Source of the DNA: Bacillota bacterium
Lineage (GTDB): Bacteria > Bacillota > Dethiobacteria > DTU022 > UBA8154
Assembly: GCA_003444595.1 (NCBI GenBank)
Contig: DLUO01000072.1
Coordinates: 1-27,551 of the forward strand
DNA length: 27,551 nt
Direction: 5' to 3'
The position numbers and the translations under genes are program-made. The notes under the pieces were generated by a model, which saw only the letters and a program-made list of their open reading frames with translations, was not told the origin of the DNA and made no database searches. Below are positions 7,776 through 18,535 of this stretch, in pieces. How positions within the stretch are numbered: the stretch's first letter is position 1; every line of letters starts with the position of its first letter.

Positions 7776-9653
7776 TTAAAACTTAAACGCGGCTATAGCA
7801 TTGTTCAGTTCATCCACCAAACCCTGAAGATCCGAAGCTGAATTGGCAATCTCGTTCATGGTTGCCGTTTGTTCCTCTACAGCCGCAGAGACTTCTTCAC
7901 TGCCTGCGCCGATTTCCTGCGCGACGGAAGCCACTTGCTCGATACGGCCGACAATTCCCTGGATCTGATCGATAATCTGTTTTAAGATATCTCCGGCATA
8001 AAATACAGCCTCAGTGCCGTTTTCCACGCTTTTCACGCTTTCAGACATTTGTTCGGCCACATTGCGGGACTCATACTGTATGGAAGTAATAATTTTTGTA
8101 ATTTCTTCTGCCGAAGAAGCAGATTGTTCGGCAAGTTTACGCACTTCCTCGGCGACTACGGCAAAACCTCTGCCCTGCTCACCCGCTCTGGCAGCCTCAA
8201 TGGCTGCATTAAGTGCCAACAGATTGGTTTGTTCGGCGATGCCTTTAATAGTGCCTACGATACTTCCAATATTTTCTACCTGAGCGTTCAATGAGGAGAC
8301 GTTTTCCTTAAGATTAGCAACGTTTTCGGATATGTCTCCCATTTGCGAGACCGCTTTTTCCACAGCCCCATATCCGTCTTGTGCCCTTTCGGAAATCTGT
8401 ATCCCCATTTTGTGCATCTCATTGGCACCTTCACTTAAATTGCTTGCCCCACTGGAGAATTCGTTAGCTGAGGAAGCAACTTCTTCCAGGCTGGCACTCA
8501 TCTCTTCAGAGGAAGCGGCCAGGGATTCGCTGGATTGATGGACTTTTACAGACCCTGCTTTCACCTTGGAGAGCATCTCCCGCAAAGATTTCTGCATCCT
8601 GTCAAAACTGCGTGCCAGAATACCAATTTCGTCCTTCATATTAAGAACGGAAGAGGGCAGCTCATTGGAGAAATCACCATATGACATATTATCAGCAAAT
8701 GTACTGGCATCTTTAATGGGACTTGAGATGGCACGCCCCAACCACAGGGCAAGTAATACGCCCAGAACAAGTGCCCCTAAAGAAACTGCCATAATAACAT
8801 TTCTTAACTGTCGGACACCGGCAAGTATTTCGTTTTCAAAAGAGCCCACCGCCAGGCTCCAACCGGTATTTCCGATAGGTTGATAGGCCATATACCTTTT
8901 TTCTCCTTGAAAATAATATGACTCCACTCCCTTTTCTCCGGCAACCATTTTGTCTATGAGCCGCGCCAATTCTTCATAATCGGGATCGGTTTTGGCCATT
9001 TCCCTGAAATCTACTTGATCATAAATGAAGTCCCTGTTTTCGTGTGCAATTAACAACCCAGTAGAATTGGTAATAAAGGCGTATCCCCTTTCCCCGAAAC
9101 CCATCTGATCGGTAAAATCGGTCAAAAAAGCAGCATCATTGGTGCCGAAAACAGCGCCGGTAATTCTGCTGCCATAATAGACGGGGGCGATATTAACCAT
9201 GACCATTGTGCCATCTTCGCGACTTATAATGGGATCGGACATATTTGCTTCTCCCTGCATTGCCTTCTGGAAATATTCCCTGTCACCGATTTGCATTTCA
9301 ACATAATCAACGGTAATGGCAGCACCGTTGCTATAAGAAAAGGCAATGTTCAGAGAATCGTTTCTTTGCGCTTCCCTACGAAGAACCGACAGCTTCTCTT
9401 CTAACTCAGTTTCAGGAGAGCCGATTACCTCCAAATTTGCAAGGACTCTAAAAACATCAAGTTTGCGTTCAAGCTCCGACTCGATTTTCGCCGCACATTC
9501 TTCGGCAAGCTGCACAAGCGAACGCTCCACCTCGTTTACGACAGCACCAGAAGACCTGGTGTAAGAAATTATCCCCAGACCGGCGCAAACCACAAGCAGA
9601 ATGGCAATAACAAATGCAGCAATTCTTTGTCCGATACTTTTAAACTGTAACAT
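7776..9653 (-). CDS. Methyl-accepting chemotaxis protein (TM-dCache-TM-HAMP-MCP signal)
   Basis: [38 protein letters not shown] hairpin, DEIG.LARSF HAMP, extracellular Cache-like region (GERGYAFI...G..IAH). Confidence 0.95.
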   Translation of the reverse strand: MLQFKSIGQRIAAFVIAILLVVCAGLGIISYTRSSGAVVNEVERSLVQLAEECAAKIESELERKLDVFRVLANLEVIGSPETELEEKLSVLRREAQRNDSLNIAFSYSNGAAITVDYVEMQIGDREYFQKAMQGEANMSDPIISREDGTMVMVNIAPVYYGSRITGAVFGTNDAAFLTDFTDQMGFGERGYAFITNSTGLLIAHENRDFIYDQVDFREMAKTDPDYEELARLIDKMVAGEKGVESYYFQGEKRYMAYQPIGNTGWSLAVGSFENEILAGVRQLRNVIMAVSLGALVLGVLLALWLGRAISSPIKDASTFADNMSYGDFSNELPSSVLNMKDEIGILARSFDRMQKSLREMLSKVKAGSVKVHQSSESLAASSEEMSASLEEVASSANEFSSGASNLSEGANEMHKMGIQISERAQDGYGAVEKAVSQMGDISENVANLKENVSSLNAQVENIGSIVGTIKGIAEQTNLLALNAAIEAARAGEQGRGFAVVAEEVRKLAEQSASSAEEITKIITSIQYESRNVAEQMSESVKSVENGTEAVFYAGDILKQIIDQIQGIVGRIEQVASVAQEIGAGSEEVSAAVEEQTATMNEIANSASDLQGLVDELNNAIAAFKF

Positions 9654-10147
9654 TTTTTATTCACTCCTTTGCAACAATCTCTTGGAAAACTATTTTTCAT
9701 TTAACTGACTTTTATTTTGGTAATTTTAATTATCTGCTCCTTGGAAATGTACCAGTCAAAATCTGTTTTTTTGCGGGACAATTATATAAGGTTTCAAAAA
9801 ACAGTAAGACCGACAATTTTGGTCTTGCTTCTTCTTTGAATATTTTACAAAGCCGGAGGGCATCTTTGCCGAAAAAATTTGCATTTGAAAAAAAATCCGG
9901 CTGTATCTTCCCTGTTAATTTTCAATCCTGCTGCCATCATCAGTTATGCTACTCCTTAACCTTGCAATTCCAGTTTACCGTTGTCAAAGCCAAGAGTTTA
10001 AATAGATTTTATTTACAATATATTACTTATGCTTACATTTTGAACTTAAACTGGATATTACTTCTTCGATCGAGCTGGTTCTGACAACACAATATTGCAC
10101 CAGCTTTTTATAACTGGAAACAGTGCGGCAAAATTAAGGAAAACGTC

Positions 10148-10188
10148 AAAAAGAAACGCTGCTTTGCCTGACGACGGCCAAACAGCGT
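10148..10188 (-). terminator. Intrinsic terminator-like hairpin
   Basis: Minus strand ACGCTGTTTGGCC...GGCAAAGCAGCGT followed by TTCTTTTT. Confidence 0.55.
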
Positions 10189-10430
10189 AAGATCTACAAA
10201 AAAAATATTAATGGTCTCTCACAATTGATGCGTAACAGCAATATTAAACTGCCGGGGAAAACGTTTCCCTTTCCCTCTACCTTTACCTTTAGCGGCAGGC
10301 TGGAGCAAAAATTGCAGAACCTTCATCCCCGGAAAGCCCAGCTTTATTTTCACACCGTGCGTCCATATAAAGGTAGTTTTTCCCACGAGGCAGACAACAA
10401 AGTCGTATTATGGATTAGGGAAAAACTTGG

Positions 10431-11033
10431 TTATTTGTTATAGGCTGCTTTACCTGCCGCGTACACAAGTAGTAACTGCACGGCTAACAAAGCTAGGCCG
10501 CCCAAGACAATCAAGAACCAGATCATCATCCGGGTAATTTCAAATCCTAAATGCAGCATTCCTTGCAGGTTGCCTGCGGTAGAGTTGTCAACCAGCGCAA
10601 CAAAAGCGGAGAAAGAGCATACTGCCAGTAAAACAAATGTCGCCAAAACAGCTGTCTTCTTAAGCGCCTCACGGAATTTTCGCCGGTCCTGTCCATTAAT
10701 TTTCGCTTTTCTTCCTGTATATACTCCCGCCGCCGCCCCGACAAGAACATTAAAGACAGGTACGCCCATGAAGAAGCCGAGAAGGCCAACCGAGTAGAAC
10801 AGGTAAAGAGCGAACGGTACAACTAGCGGCAAGTTGTAGAAGTTATTCACTAGGCCGCGTAAAACAATCTTATCGAGGTACAATCCTACCAGCAGGCCGG
10901 CAATCGCCCCCCATTTAATGTAGGTGTCACCCAAACCGAACAAGTAACTGCCCCACCATGAAAGGCACATTGTCACTACCGGGATGGCCAATCCCAATGT
11001 GATCCCGGCAAATAATCTGTCAAACCTTTTCAT
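10431..11033 (-). CDS. Hypothetical multi-pass membrane protein
   Basis: About 200 aa with 5-6 hydrophobic segments and a GFFMGVPVFN motif. ATG at 11033 with GGAGG RBS (ORF track start 11060). Confidence 0.8.
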   Translation of the reverse strand: MKRFDRLFAGITLGLAIPVVTMCLSWWGSYLFGLGDTYIKWGAIAGLLVGLYLDKIVLRGLVNNFYNLPLVVPFALYLFYSVGLLGFFMGVPVFNVLVGAAAGVYTGRKAKINGQDRRKFREALKKTAVLATFVLLAVCSFSAFVALVDNSTAGNLQGMLHLGFEITRMMIWFLIVLGGLALLAVQLLLVYAAGKAAYNK

Positions 11034-11439
11034 TAAGAACACCCTCCGAGCCAGGCGCATAATGGACGATTAGCACCGCCAGCATGAAAAACCACCACCG
11101 GCGTGTTGCCCGCCCCCACCGCTCATAAGCTCATTCCTTGATCACAGTCATACTCTTTGCCTCCTGCCCGGTATTAATTCTCTACCTTCCATTTTAATTC
11201 CTTTCAGCACTTTCCTGACCCCCACCGAGGATTGTTGTAAAAAGCAGATTTATATAGAATATTACTGGAAAATAGCTAAAAAGGTGGAAAATTTCTCTAT
11301 CAACTTTAATATTTTGGATTGATGAAAACAGAAATCTTTTTTATAATGTGCTATATAAAATTATTCGTAAAAGAAAAAGGTTATTAAGAAGAAATGATCT
11401 TAAAGATAAAAACTTGCCCAACAAAAGGGGGAATGCAGC

Positions 11440-11859
11440 TTGATGTGGAAGGAGAAGTATAGGATTGGTGTGAAAAGGATCGATGAGCAGCACGAAGAGC
11501 TCTTTCGCAGGGTAGAGAGCTTCTTAAAGGCTCTCCGGCAGGAGGGGGCCTGGAAAGAAAAGCTGGCCAAGGTTAAAGAGACCCTGGATTTTATGGGCTC
11601 GTACGTGGTAACCCATTTTGCCGATGAAGAGCAGTATCAAAAAGAAATCCGCTTTTCAGGTTACGAAAAACATCGCCAAGTCCATGAAAAATTTAAAGCA
11701 GAGGTAGAAAATTATGTGGAGAAATTCTCCAAAGAAGGCTTTGACGAGGATCTGGTCCAAGAATTTGGCGGCAAACTCATGGCCTGGTTGATCAATCACG
11801 TGGCCGGCGCAGATCAACAAATCGGCCAATATGCGGCAAAGATGGCAGGTGAAGTGTAA
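11440..11859 (+). CDS. Single-domain bacteriohemerythrin
   Basis: W...Y.IGV..ID.QH, HF.DEE, H.x.x.H, WL..H....D di-iron ligand set is complete. Confidence 0.92.
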   Translation: MMWKEKYRIGVKRIDEQHEELFRRVESFLKALRQEGAWKEKLAKVKETLDFMGSYVVTHFADEEQYQKEIRFSGYEKHRQVHEKFKAEVENYVEKFSKEGFDEDLVQEFGGKLMAWLINHVAGADQQIGQYAAKMAGEV

Positions 11860-12332
11860 TGAAAGCAGAGTATATTAACCCTTTTTACAAGGCGGCTCAG
11901 GATGTTTTTGAGCGAATGCTGGATCTCAGTACAGAAAGGATCAATTTAGGTGTTGTTGAGGAGATGGTGACAGGAAAGGAGGCAAATGTTATCATCGGGA
12001 TGACCGGCGATCTTGCCGGGACGGTTTTGTTTAGCTTCCCTAAAAAGATGACCTTTGAGATGGTAAAGATTATGTCGGGTCTGGAGGTGGACAAACTGGA
12101 CAGCTTCGTAACCTCCGCCCTCGGCGAGGTCGCCAATATTATCAGCGGCAATGCGGCTACTTATCTCTCCTTGGAGGAGTACAACTGCGATATTGTGCCG
12201 CCCCAGATCATTATTGGCACCAATAAATCAATCTCTTTGGCTACGGATAAAGCTTTATTTCTCACCCTCAGGACCGAGATCGGGGAGTTTGACATCAATT
12301 TATCTATTAAAGAACGTTCAAACAGGCAATAA
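11859..12332 (+). CDS. cheX: Chemotaxis phosphatase CheX
   Basis: EYINPF, IGMTG...G, SALGEVANII.GNA (E-x-x-N), I.PP.II motifs. Its ATG overlaps the hemerythrin stop (TAATG). Confidence 0.9.
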   Translation: MKAEYINPFYKAAQDVFERMLDLSTERINLGVVEEMVTGKEANVIIGMTGDLAGTVLFSFPKKMTFEMVKIMSGLEVDKLDSFVTSALGEVANIISGNAATYLSLEEYNCDIVPPQIIIGTNKSISLATDKALFLTLRTEIGEFDINLSIKERSNRQ

Positions 12333-12374
12333 CATCTTTAGCATCATTGCAGAAAGGAAGCAGCTTATATTTAT

Positions 12375-12560
12375 ATGAAACACATTCAGCACAGCACTGT
12401 AAACTTAGGGATCATGGCCGTCAGTGACATTTACCAGGCCTTGACAGAAGAGAGGCCCTATCGCAATCCCATGGGGAAAAAAGAGGCTTTTTCTATACTG
12501 CAGAAAATGGTTCAGGAAAAACGACCCAATTCCTATAGTCACGCTCTTTATATCGCCTGA
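12375..12560 (+). pseudogene. C-terminal fragment of an HD-GYP phosphodiesterase domain
   Basis: IMAVSDIYQALTEERPYRNPMGKKEAFSILQKM matches the AVADxFxALTxxRPY motif. HD and GYP motifs are missing. Confidence 0.8.
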
Positions 12561-12661
12561 GATTAACGACAGGAAGTATCCAAGCAATAAGACCAAGCAC
12601 GAGGCTTCCTAAATTAAGCAAACCAATCATAATATACTCCTTTCATTACAAAGTCAGTTTA

Positions 12662-13027
12662 CTAAAACGCCCAACCCCAGTGCTCACCTTCAACTTCAAG
12701 TAAAAATTCCCCATGAATTGTATCGCTGGACTCATACTTTTCTTTAGCTTCCATGTAAAAAGCAACCCACTGCTTATCTATTCCTTCATGAGATGTCATG
12801 AAATGAAAACGGCTTGAATGCAGACCGGCAGAAGAAAAAAAGAAACATTCCGAGTGAGGGCGTAACCCTTCCGAATAAATAGCCTGTGGCCTGGTTGTTT
12901 CAATATTGTCCAGCTGAACAATAATGTTTGGGGCAAAAATTTTTTCTTCAGAGGAAAATTCTAGAATCAAGTAATAAGAGCTGCCCTTTTTATACTTGCT
13001 GAGTTTTGTCTTTTCTCCTATACTGTT
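12662..13027 (-). pseudogene. In-frame continuation of the upstream ORF after a TAA; probable decayed exported protein
   Basis: Open frame from 13027 through 12662, with 19 extra codons upstream of the ORF-track TTG at 12970. No RBS for an independent start. Confidence 0.5.
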
Positions 13028-13468
13028 TTATTCTGCATAAAGCTTATTAACAGAGTACTTTTCCTCTTGAAAACCCGCTTCTTTTATTCTTTGTTTCATT
13101 CCTTCCAGGTCGCGGGCTTCCAGCGTATTACTAATTGTGTCTGTTGTTTCTTTTTTCATAAATTGGCAACCAGTAGAAAGGGGAACTATAATTAATGCAG
13201 AAGCAATGGCTAAAAGGATAAGAGTGATAGTTTTGTTCAGTTTCTTGCTTCTAGCACTCTTAAACCACCCACTAAACTGCAATATATTTCTATAAACTAC
13301 AAATACAAATATAATGTTTGCAATCCCAAGCATCCAGGCGTAATCTAATGCTTCTTTGCCAGTAATTTTAAAAATCCAAGTTTCCAAATTAATTAGTAAA
13401 ACTGAGCCTATTGTAATGATAAATAAAATTCTGACAAACTCTAAAATAAAAAAAACAATAGTTGACAT
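13028..13468 (-). CDS. Small membrane protein fused to a hydrophilic tail (probable chimera or pseudogene)
   Basis: GGAGTG RBS. Three hydrophobic helices (YRN.LQFSGW motif), then LSTGC and a charged tail ending in TAA. Confidence 0.6.
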   Translation of the reverse strand: MSTIVFFILEFVRILFIITIGSVLLINLETWIFKITGKEALDYAWMLGIANIIFVFVVYRNILQFSGWFKSARSKKLNKTITLILLAIASALIIVPLSTGCQFMKKETTDTISNTLEARDLEGMKQRIKEAGFQEEKYSVNKLYAE

Positions 13469-13682
13469 TTAGGTATCACTCCTTGAGCCCTATTATCCAC
13501 CGGTATATCATCTCCGTCTTTCTCCATCCATCTTTATGCAGGATTTTTAATATCTCTCAACGATCAACTATATTGCCTCCTGCAATTAAATTATGCACCT
13601 AAATTATACGCATGTCAAATTTATCATATATTTTAATCCATGTCTTTTTACGGGATGCTGTTTTATCCGTAATAAAAACTTT

Positions 13683-15215
13683 CTATATCCAGTTGCACTG
13701 TAAACCTTCTCTAATTATTTCTCTTGCCGAGATCTTTTCTCCTGTTTTTGCCTCTATCAAATTAGATAATATTTGCAAACCCTGGGGACTTTCGAGCAGG
13801 GCAAAAGAAGTAAAGAGACATAGCCCAAGGTTGGTGGAGGCGATCGTGTATGCGGACAGATAGTCCAGGTCGCTAATGTCTTCCAAGCCCTCTTCCCTAT
13901 AAGGCAGGCGGATGACAAACGCGGGAGCTTCCTTCTCCGAGGGGCGGGTTACCAGGGGCTGTAGCGCCGGATCGTCCGCAAAAAGAGCAGCTAACCCTGC
14001 TGTCATGCTGCCCAAAGCCCTTCCCCGCAACGAAAGCCTTTCCACCTCCTCCGCCATATGCTCGATTGCAGAGAGTTGCCAAGGCGTCCCCTCTGCCTGA
14101 AACAACATCTTGCAGCTGGCAATAAACTCTATGGGATCCAGGCCGAACTCAAAACAGCGTCGCGTGATGCGCCGGGCAAAATGCAGGTCATTTATCCCAA
14201 ACATTTCCCGACATGCCGCTATTACTTCATTTTCCATGGGTGAGCTTAATACCTCGCCAGTGTTGGCGGCATGCCTGTTCAGACAACCCACTACACAACC
14301 GGAGGCACAGTTGCGATTCAGGCGAATTGTTTTTTTAGCCCTATTAACACGCTGCTCTTTCTTTTCTTCCCTTTCTTTTACCGTGACGCCATCTATGTTG
14401 ACTCCGGTTTTTTCCCTTTGCGCTTTGCTCTGAAAAGCTTCTTCCGGGTTGTACTCCTGCAGCATTTTCATTAAAGTGATAGAACCGTAAGCGGGAAGCG
14501 CGCCCCCGCAAACAGGATGCTGCACGATGAGCCTGCTCAGCTGCTTGCTGTAGATCGATAACCTATCTGGATCCTGAACATCTGCCGAAAAGTGAGGCTT
14601 TGTGGATATGACCACGGCTTTTAATCCCAGACTCCCAAAAACCTCCCCACCTTTGTCACGGCTTACGGAAAAAACGGGTATGCCCCGGGCAGGATAAGTG
14701 CTGAAAATCCCGGCGAGGGGAAGCAGATGCTCCCCGGCCGGCCCAACTCCTACAATGGCTGAGTCTTTTCCCCATTTTTCCCGCAGAAAGCTGATAGTTT
14801 CACCGACAGGTTTATCCTTCAGCACCGGGAAAATATGCAGATCCACGCCTTCTTCCCGGATGTGTATTACTGCTGTCCGGCCGGGGCTATAGGAACCGGT
14901 GACAACAAGGGCGGACACTCCCTGGGAGGCAAGCTTTTGGGCAAAAGGCCCCGCTGTATTAGCCAAGTGAAGGCCCCTTTCCCGAACTTTTAAACCGGCG
15001 ATAACCAGCCTTCCTGTGGAGGGAACCTTTGTGCCTGACAGCAATCCCGGAGCGAGAACCAGACAATTGCCGCGGCCGCGGCCTGTTTTTGGGACGGTCA
15101 GTGCTCCAATAAGCTGCACAGCCAGACCTCTTCCTACTGAAGAGAGATTCTTAAAGACAAAGGCTTCCTCGCTAATTTTAAATCTATCCAGGTCAACATA
15201 TATAATTTTAGACAA
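13683..15215 (-). CDS. Divergent aldehyde:ferredoxin oxidoreductase-like protein
   Basis: N-domain motifs APGLLSGT..PS.GR, GPAGE, G.V.GS.GLKAVV. Also CASGCVVGC, FGLDPIE and LGLCLF. TTG at 15215 with GGGGAGG RBS overlaps the upstream ATPase stop. Confidence 0.85.
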   Translation of the reverse strand: MSKIIYVDLDRFKISEEAFVFKNLSSVGRGLAVQLIGALTVPKTGRGRGNCLVLAPGLLSGTKVPSTGRLVIAGLKVRERGLHLANTAGPFAQKLASQGVSALVVTGSYSPGRTAVIHIREEGVDLHIFPVLKDKPVGETISFLREKWGKDSAIVGVGPAGEHLLPLAGIFSTYPARGIPVFSVSRDKGGEVFGSLGLKAVVISTKPHFSADVQDPDRLSIYSKQLSRLIVQHPVCGGALPAYGSITLMKMLQEYNPEEAFQSKAQREKTGVNIDGVTVKEREEKKEQRVNRAKKTIRLNRNCASGCVVGCLNRHAANTGEVLSSPMENEVIAACREMFGINDLHFARRITRRCFEFGLDPIEFIASCKMLFQAEGTPWQLSAIEHMAEEVERLSLRGRALGSMTAGLAALFADDPALQPLVTRPSEKEAPAFVIRLPYREEGLEDISDLDYLSAYTIASTNLGLCLFTSFALLESPQGLQILSNLIEAKTGEKISAREIIREGLQCNWI

Positions 15216-16005
15216 AGCTTTGTACCTCCCCAAAAAATTTCATATTTTCCACCAGTTGTCGGGTATAGGCATCGGCTGGAGAATTCAGAACGTGTTCAGT
15301 TACTCCTTCTTCCACAATACGGCCTTGGTACAAAACGTAAACATATGTGCATATTTTTTTGAGAACACTGATCTGATGGGTAATAAATAAGATGCCGAGA
15401 GACGCTTCAGCGTTAATAGCCTGCAGAAGATCCAGAATGGAGTGGGCGCTTTTTGCATCGAGCATGGAGACGCTTTCATCGGCGATCAACAAGCGGGGGC
15501 GGGGGATCAGAGCCCGGGCGATAGCTGCTCTTTGGCGCTGTCCGCCGCTTAGCTCCCCAATTTTTTTATTAAAGGCCCAGCTGGCATAAGGAAGACCCAC
15601 CAGCTCCAGAGCCTCCTGCGGGCTGAACATACCCTGCCGTCTCCTTCTCTGGCACAGGCGCAGCGGTTCGCGCAAAGTCTGCTCCACAGTATAGCTGGGC
15701 TCCAGGGCTGAATAAGGGTCCTGGAAAATATACTGGATATCCGCTGCAAGGGTAAAAGACCGGCGTTGCAGGGGCAAAAGCGGCTTTCCCTCCAGAAAAA
15801 GCTCCCCTCCATCCGGCGTCTCCTGGCCGGTAATTATCCTGGCGAGGGTCGTTTTGCCTGCGCCGCTCTCGCCGAGAAGGCCGACCATGGCCCCCTGTTT
15901 TACTTCCAGGCTGACTTTTCGTAGAACGTGAATTTTCCCTCCGCCCAATATCTCATAGCTTTTCTCCACATTCCGCACGCTCAACAGGGATTTTGCTTCG
16001 CGCAT
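15208..16005 (-). CDS. Opp/Dpp/Nik-type ABC importer ATP-binding subunit (DppF-like)
   Basis: GESGAGKTT Walker A, IFQDPYSAL Q-loop, LSGGQRQR signature, IADES, ITH. Confidence 0.93.
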   Translation of the reverse strand: MREAKSLLSVRNVEKSYEILGGGKIHVLRKVSLEVKQGAMVGLLGESGAGKTTLARIITGQETPDGGELFLEGKPLLPLQRRSFTLAADIQYIFQDPYSALEPSYTVEQTLREPLRLCQRRRRQGMFSPQEALELVGLPYASWAFNKKIGELSGGQRQRAAIARALIPRPRLLIADESVSMLDAKSAHSILDLLQAINAEASLGILFITHQISVLKKICTYVYVLYQGRIVEEGVTEHVLNSPADAYTRQLVENMKFFGEVQSFV

Positions 16006-16700
16006 AACTGTTCCTCCAAAATCAACGCTCTGTCGGAAAAATTGCTAACCAGTCCGAGGTCGTGAGAAACCATGAGGAAAGTAACCCCTTCTTCCTTTCT
16101 TCTCCGTAAAAAATCCAGGATGATCTTCATGGTAACAGCATCAATTCCTGAAGAAGGCTCATCCAGGATATACAGTTCCGGCCTTTTTAAAAAACCCAGC
16201 AGCAGGATTAAACGCTGTTTCATCCCTCCGCTAAGCTGGTAAGGAAAATGCTCCAGAACTTGCGGAGAGAGCTTGAGCTCTTCCATCCAGGCATGCCAAA
16301 TATTTTCCTCCACTGTTTGCAGGCTCCTTTGAACATGACGAAAATGATTCCTCACGGTAAGAGAGGGATTGAGGGCGTTTTGGGCATACTGAGGGAGATA
16401 TGATATACGGCTGTACAGTTCGGGAGCAGGGATGCTGTTTCGATCCCTGCCCAGTATTTCTGCCCGCCGGTAGCTAACCACGCCGGGAAACCGGGGCTGG
16501 AAAAGGGCATTGAGCAGCGTGGTCTTGCCGCAGCCGGTTTGTCCGACGATCCCCAGACACTCCCCCTTTCCCACCTGCATTAGGGGATATTGGAAAACAA
16601 CCGGCAAAGGCGGCTGGGATGAATTCGACGACAGCGGCAACTGTGCCTTTGAAGATCGGTAGCGGACTTTTAAGCCTTCCACGAACAAAATGGGCGTCAT
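15981..16700 (-). CDS. Opp/Dpp/Nik-type ABC importer ATP-binding subunit (DppD-like)
   Basis: GQTGCGKTT, PYQLSGGMKQR, ILDEPSSGID, VSHDL. Confidence 0.93.
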   Translation of the reverse strand: MTPILFVEGLKVRYRSSKAQLPLSSNSSQPPLPVVFQYPLMQVGKGECLGIVGQTGCGKTTLLNALFQPRFPGVVSYRRAEILGRDRNSIPAPELYSRISYLPQYAQNALNPSLTVRNHFRHVQRSLQTVEENIWHAWMEELKLSPQVLEHFPYQLSGGMKQRLILLLGFLKRPELYILDEPSSGIDAVTMKIILDFLRRRKEEGVTFLMVSHDLGLVSNFSDRALILEEQLCAKQNPC

Positions 16701-16706
16701 CTTTGC

Positions 16707-17525
16707 TTACTCGCTCCTCTCAGCACTTTCACTTTCCTCATCAAAATCAAAGGTAAGCAGAGCCAAGGCCAGCACAAAAAGAACCAAGCATAAAATAGGG
16801 GGGAGTAGCCACCAAAGGTAGGTATGGTCCCAGAAGATACCCTCATAATCGAGAGCGGCCCTTATAGTGCGTCCCCAGGATTTAAGGGCCGGATCTCCAA
16901 TGCCCAGGAAAGAGAGCGTGGCTTCATATACCGCCGCCCTGCCGCACTGCTGAATAAAAAGGGTCGTTACGGCCGGATAAAAATACGGCCACATTTTCCT
17001 GCCCACATCTAGGAGATTTCCTTTTAATAATAGAGTGTACTGCACCGTATCCTGATTGATAATTACCATCGCTTTCCCTCTCAAGATACGGGTTATCCGG
17101 CTCCAGGAAAAAAAGATCATCACCATAACCACATCGGCTACTTTTGGTCCCGCAAAAGCGGCAAAGAGCATTATGACAATGATCTCCGGCACAATGATAA
17201 ATATTTCCGTGACACGCATTATAAAGCGGTCCACCCAGTGACGGAAAAAAGCACAGCTAACTGCCAGCGCTGTCCCAATCAAAGTGGAACAAAAAGAAAC
17301 AATAAGCGCGATGCTAATGGTGACCCTGAAACCGGCCAACAGGGCGGAAAAAATATCCTGCCCCATCTTGTTCGTACCCAACAGGTGCTTACCCCCAGGG
17401 GGCAGCAGCGCCGGAAAAGAAAAATCATCGGGGTGAAAGGGCGCTAGAGCTGGATATGCTATCCCCAGCACCACCATGATGAGAAGAACAAGCAGGGCTG
17501 CTTTTTTGACAGTTGCATTTCTCAT
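16707..17525 (-). CDS. ABC importer permease (DppC-like)
   Basis: PPGGKHLLGT..MGQDIFS, LSFLG.G....SWG, WW..PP motifs. ATGA overlap with the upstream permease. Confidence 0.92.
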   Translation of the reverse strand: MRNATVKKAALLVLLIMVVLGIAYPALAPFHPDDFSFPALLPPGGKHLLGTNKMGQDIFSALLAGFRVTISIALIVSFCSTLIGTALAVSCAFFRHWVDRFIMRVTEIFIIVPEIIVIMLFAAFAGPKVADVVMVMIFFSWSRITRILRGKAMVIINQDTVQYTLLLKGNLLDVGRKMWPYFYPAVTTLFIQQCGRAAVYEATLSFLGIGDPALKSWGRTIRAALDYEGIFWDHTYLWWLLPPILCLVLFVLALALLTFDFDEESESAERSE

Positions 17526-18532
17526 GTCATCTTTGTCAGTCTCGGGTTTAATTTTATAGACAGCAGTTCAAAGAGCATATTAATAGCGATACTATAGATG
17601 CTGGTTACCAGAAAGATACCCTGTATGAGAGGATAGTCCCTTGCTTCCACCGCAACTTTCATTAAAGTGCCCATCCCGGGGTAGGAAAAAATAATCTCCA
17701 CAAAGAGAGCCCCTGCAATAGCATAGAGAAAAGTAATATTCAAGCGACCTAAAATCTCCGGTAAACTGTTCAACAAAATATAATAGAGCCAAATTATTCT
17801 TTCCCTGATACCGAAATAATAAGCAGCTTCAACGTAAGGCTCTCTTTTTATTTTCTGCACAACATTGCGGGTCAGAACAGCCACTGGAGGTACTGTATAA
17901 AGGATCAGAACAGCGATGGGAAGGATGGCATGCCTCAGAAAATGAAGGGCAAACCCCGCATCTGCCGGGGTCATAACCAAAGGATAAGCTCCAAAAGCAG
18001 GGAACCAGCCCAGGTGATGGGCAAATAACATGCGGCAGAGAATGGCCAATAAAAAAACCGGGATCGTTTGCAGGACAAGAAGCAGGGTTAGGAGACCTTT
18101 TTCCAGGTATCCGCCCCCCTTCAGGGCGAGATATGCTCCCAGGGAAACGGCGATAAAAATCGAAATTACAATTGAAGTCAACGATAAAAAGAGGGTCAGG
18201 GTTACCCTGCTCATAACAATCTCCCTGACTGCCAGCCCATAATAAAAGGAATACCCCCAGTCCCCCCTCGCAAGATGTCTCAGATAGCCGGCAAACTGCT
18301 TGATAAGCGGCTGCTCGGGAGCGTAATAATCCGTGAAACGGTTAAAAGTCTCCTTCGGCAGCATGGCATTGAGAACATCAATCTGATCAGCAGAGAAAGA
18401 AAGGGGGCTTCCCGGTATTAAGCGAGGCAGAAGAAACCCCAGAATGATCAGGATACCAAGCTGCATACAGTTTCTGCCCAGAACAGTACACAACCATTTA
18501 AGACTTGGTCTTGAGCGAAAAAACAAAGGCAA
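17522..18532 (-). CDS. ABC importer permease (DppB-like)
   Basis: YL..LARGDWG.S, LILP-like helix, EPYVEAA..FG (EAA loop), E.IFSYPG.G, RDYPLIQG. Confidence 0.93.
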   Translation of the reverse strand: MPLFFRSRPSLKWLCTVLGRNCMQLGILIILGFLLPRLIPGSPLSFSADQIDVLNAMLPKETFNRFTDYYAPEQPLIKQFAGYLRHLARGDWGYSFYYGLAVREIVMSRVTLTLFLSLTSIVISIFIAVSLGAYLALKGGGYLEKGLLTLLLVLQTIPVFLLAILCRMLFAHHLGWFPAFGAYPLVMTPADAGFALHFLRHAILPIAVLILYTVPPVAVLTRNVVQKIKREPYVEAAYYFGIRERIIWLYYILLNSLPEILGRLNITFLYAIAGALFVEIIFSYPGMGTLMKVAVEARDYPLIQGIFLVTSIYSIAINMLFELLSIKLNPRLTKMT

Positions 18533-18535
18533 AGC

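Noticed and set aside
8900-9450. MCP Cache domain as an amino-acid (Tyr) sensor partnering the lyase
   Set aside because: The Y...R.WY amino-acid-binding motif is absent (it reads DREYF), and the genes are convergent rather than co-transcribed.
13028-13030. Selenocysteine or pyrrolysine read-through at in-frame stops (also TGA at 26016-26018)
   Set aside because: The first stop is TAA, which is not recoded. The second is followed by more stops and frameshifts and has no SECIS-like hairpin.
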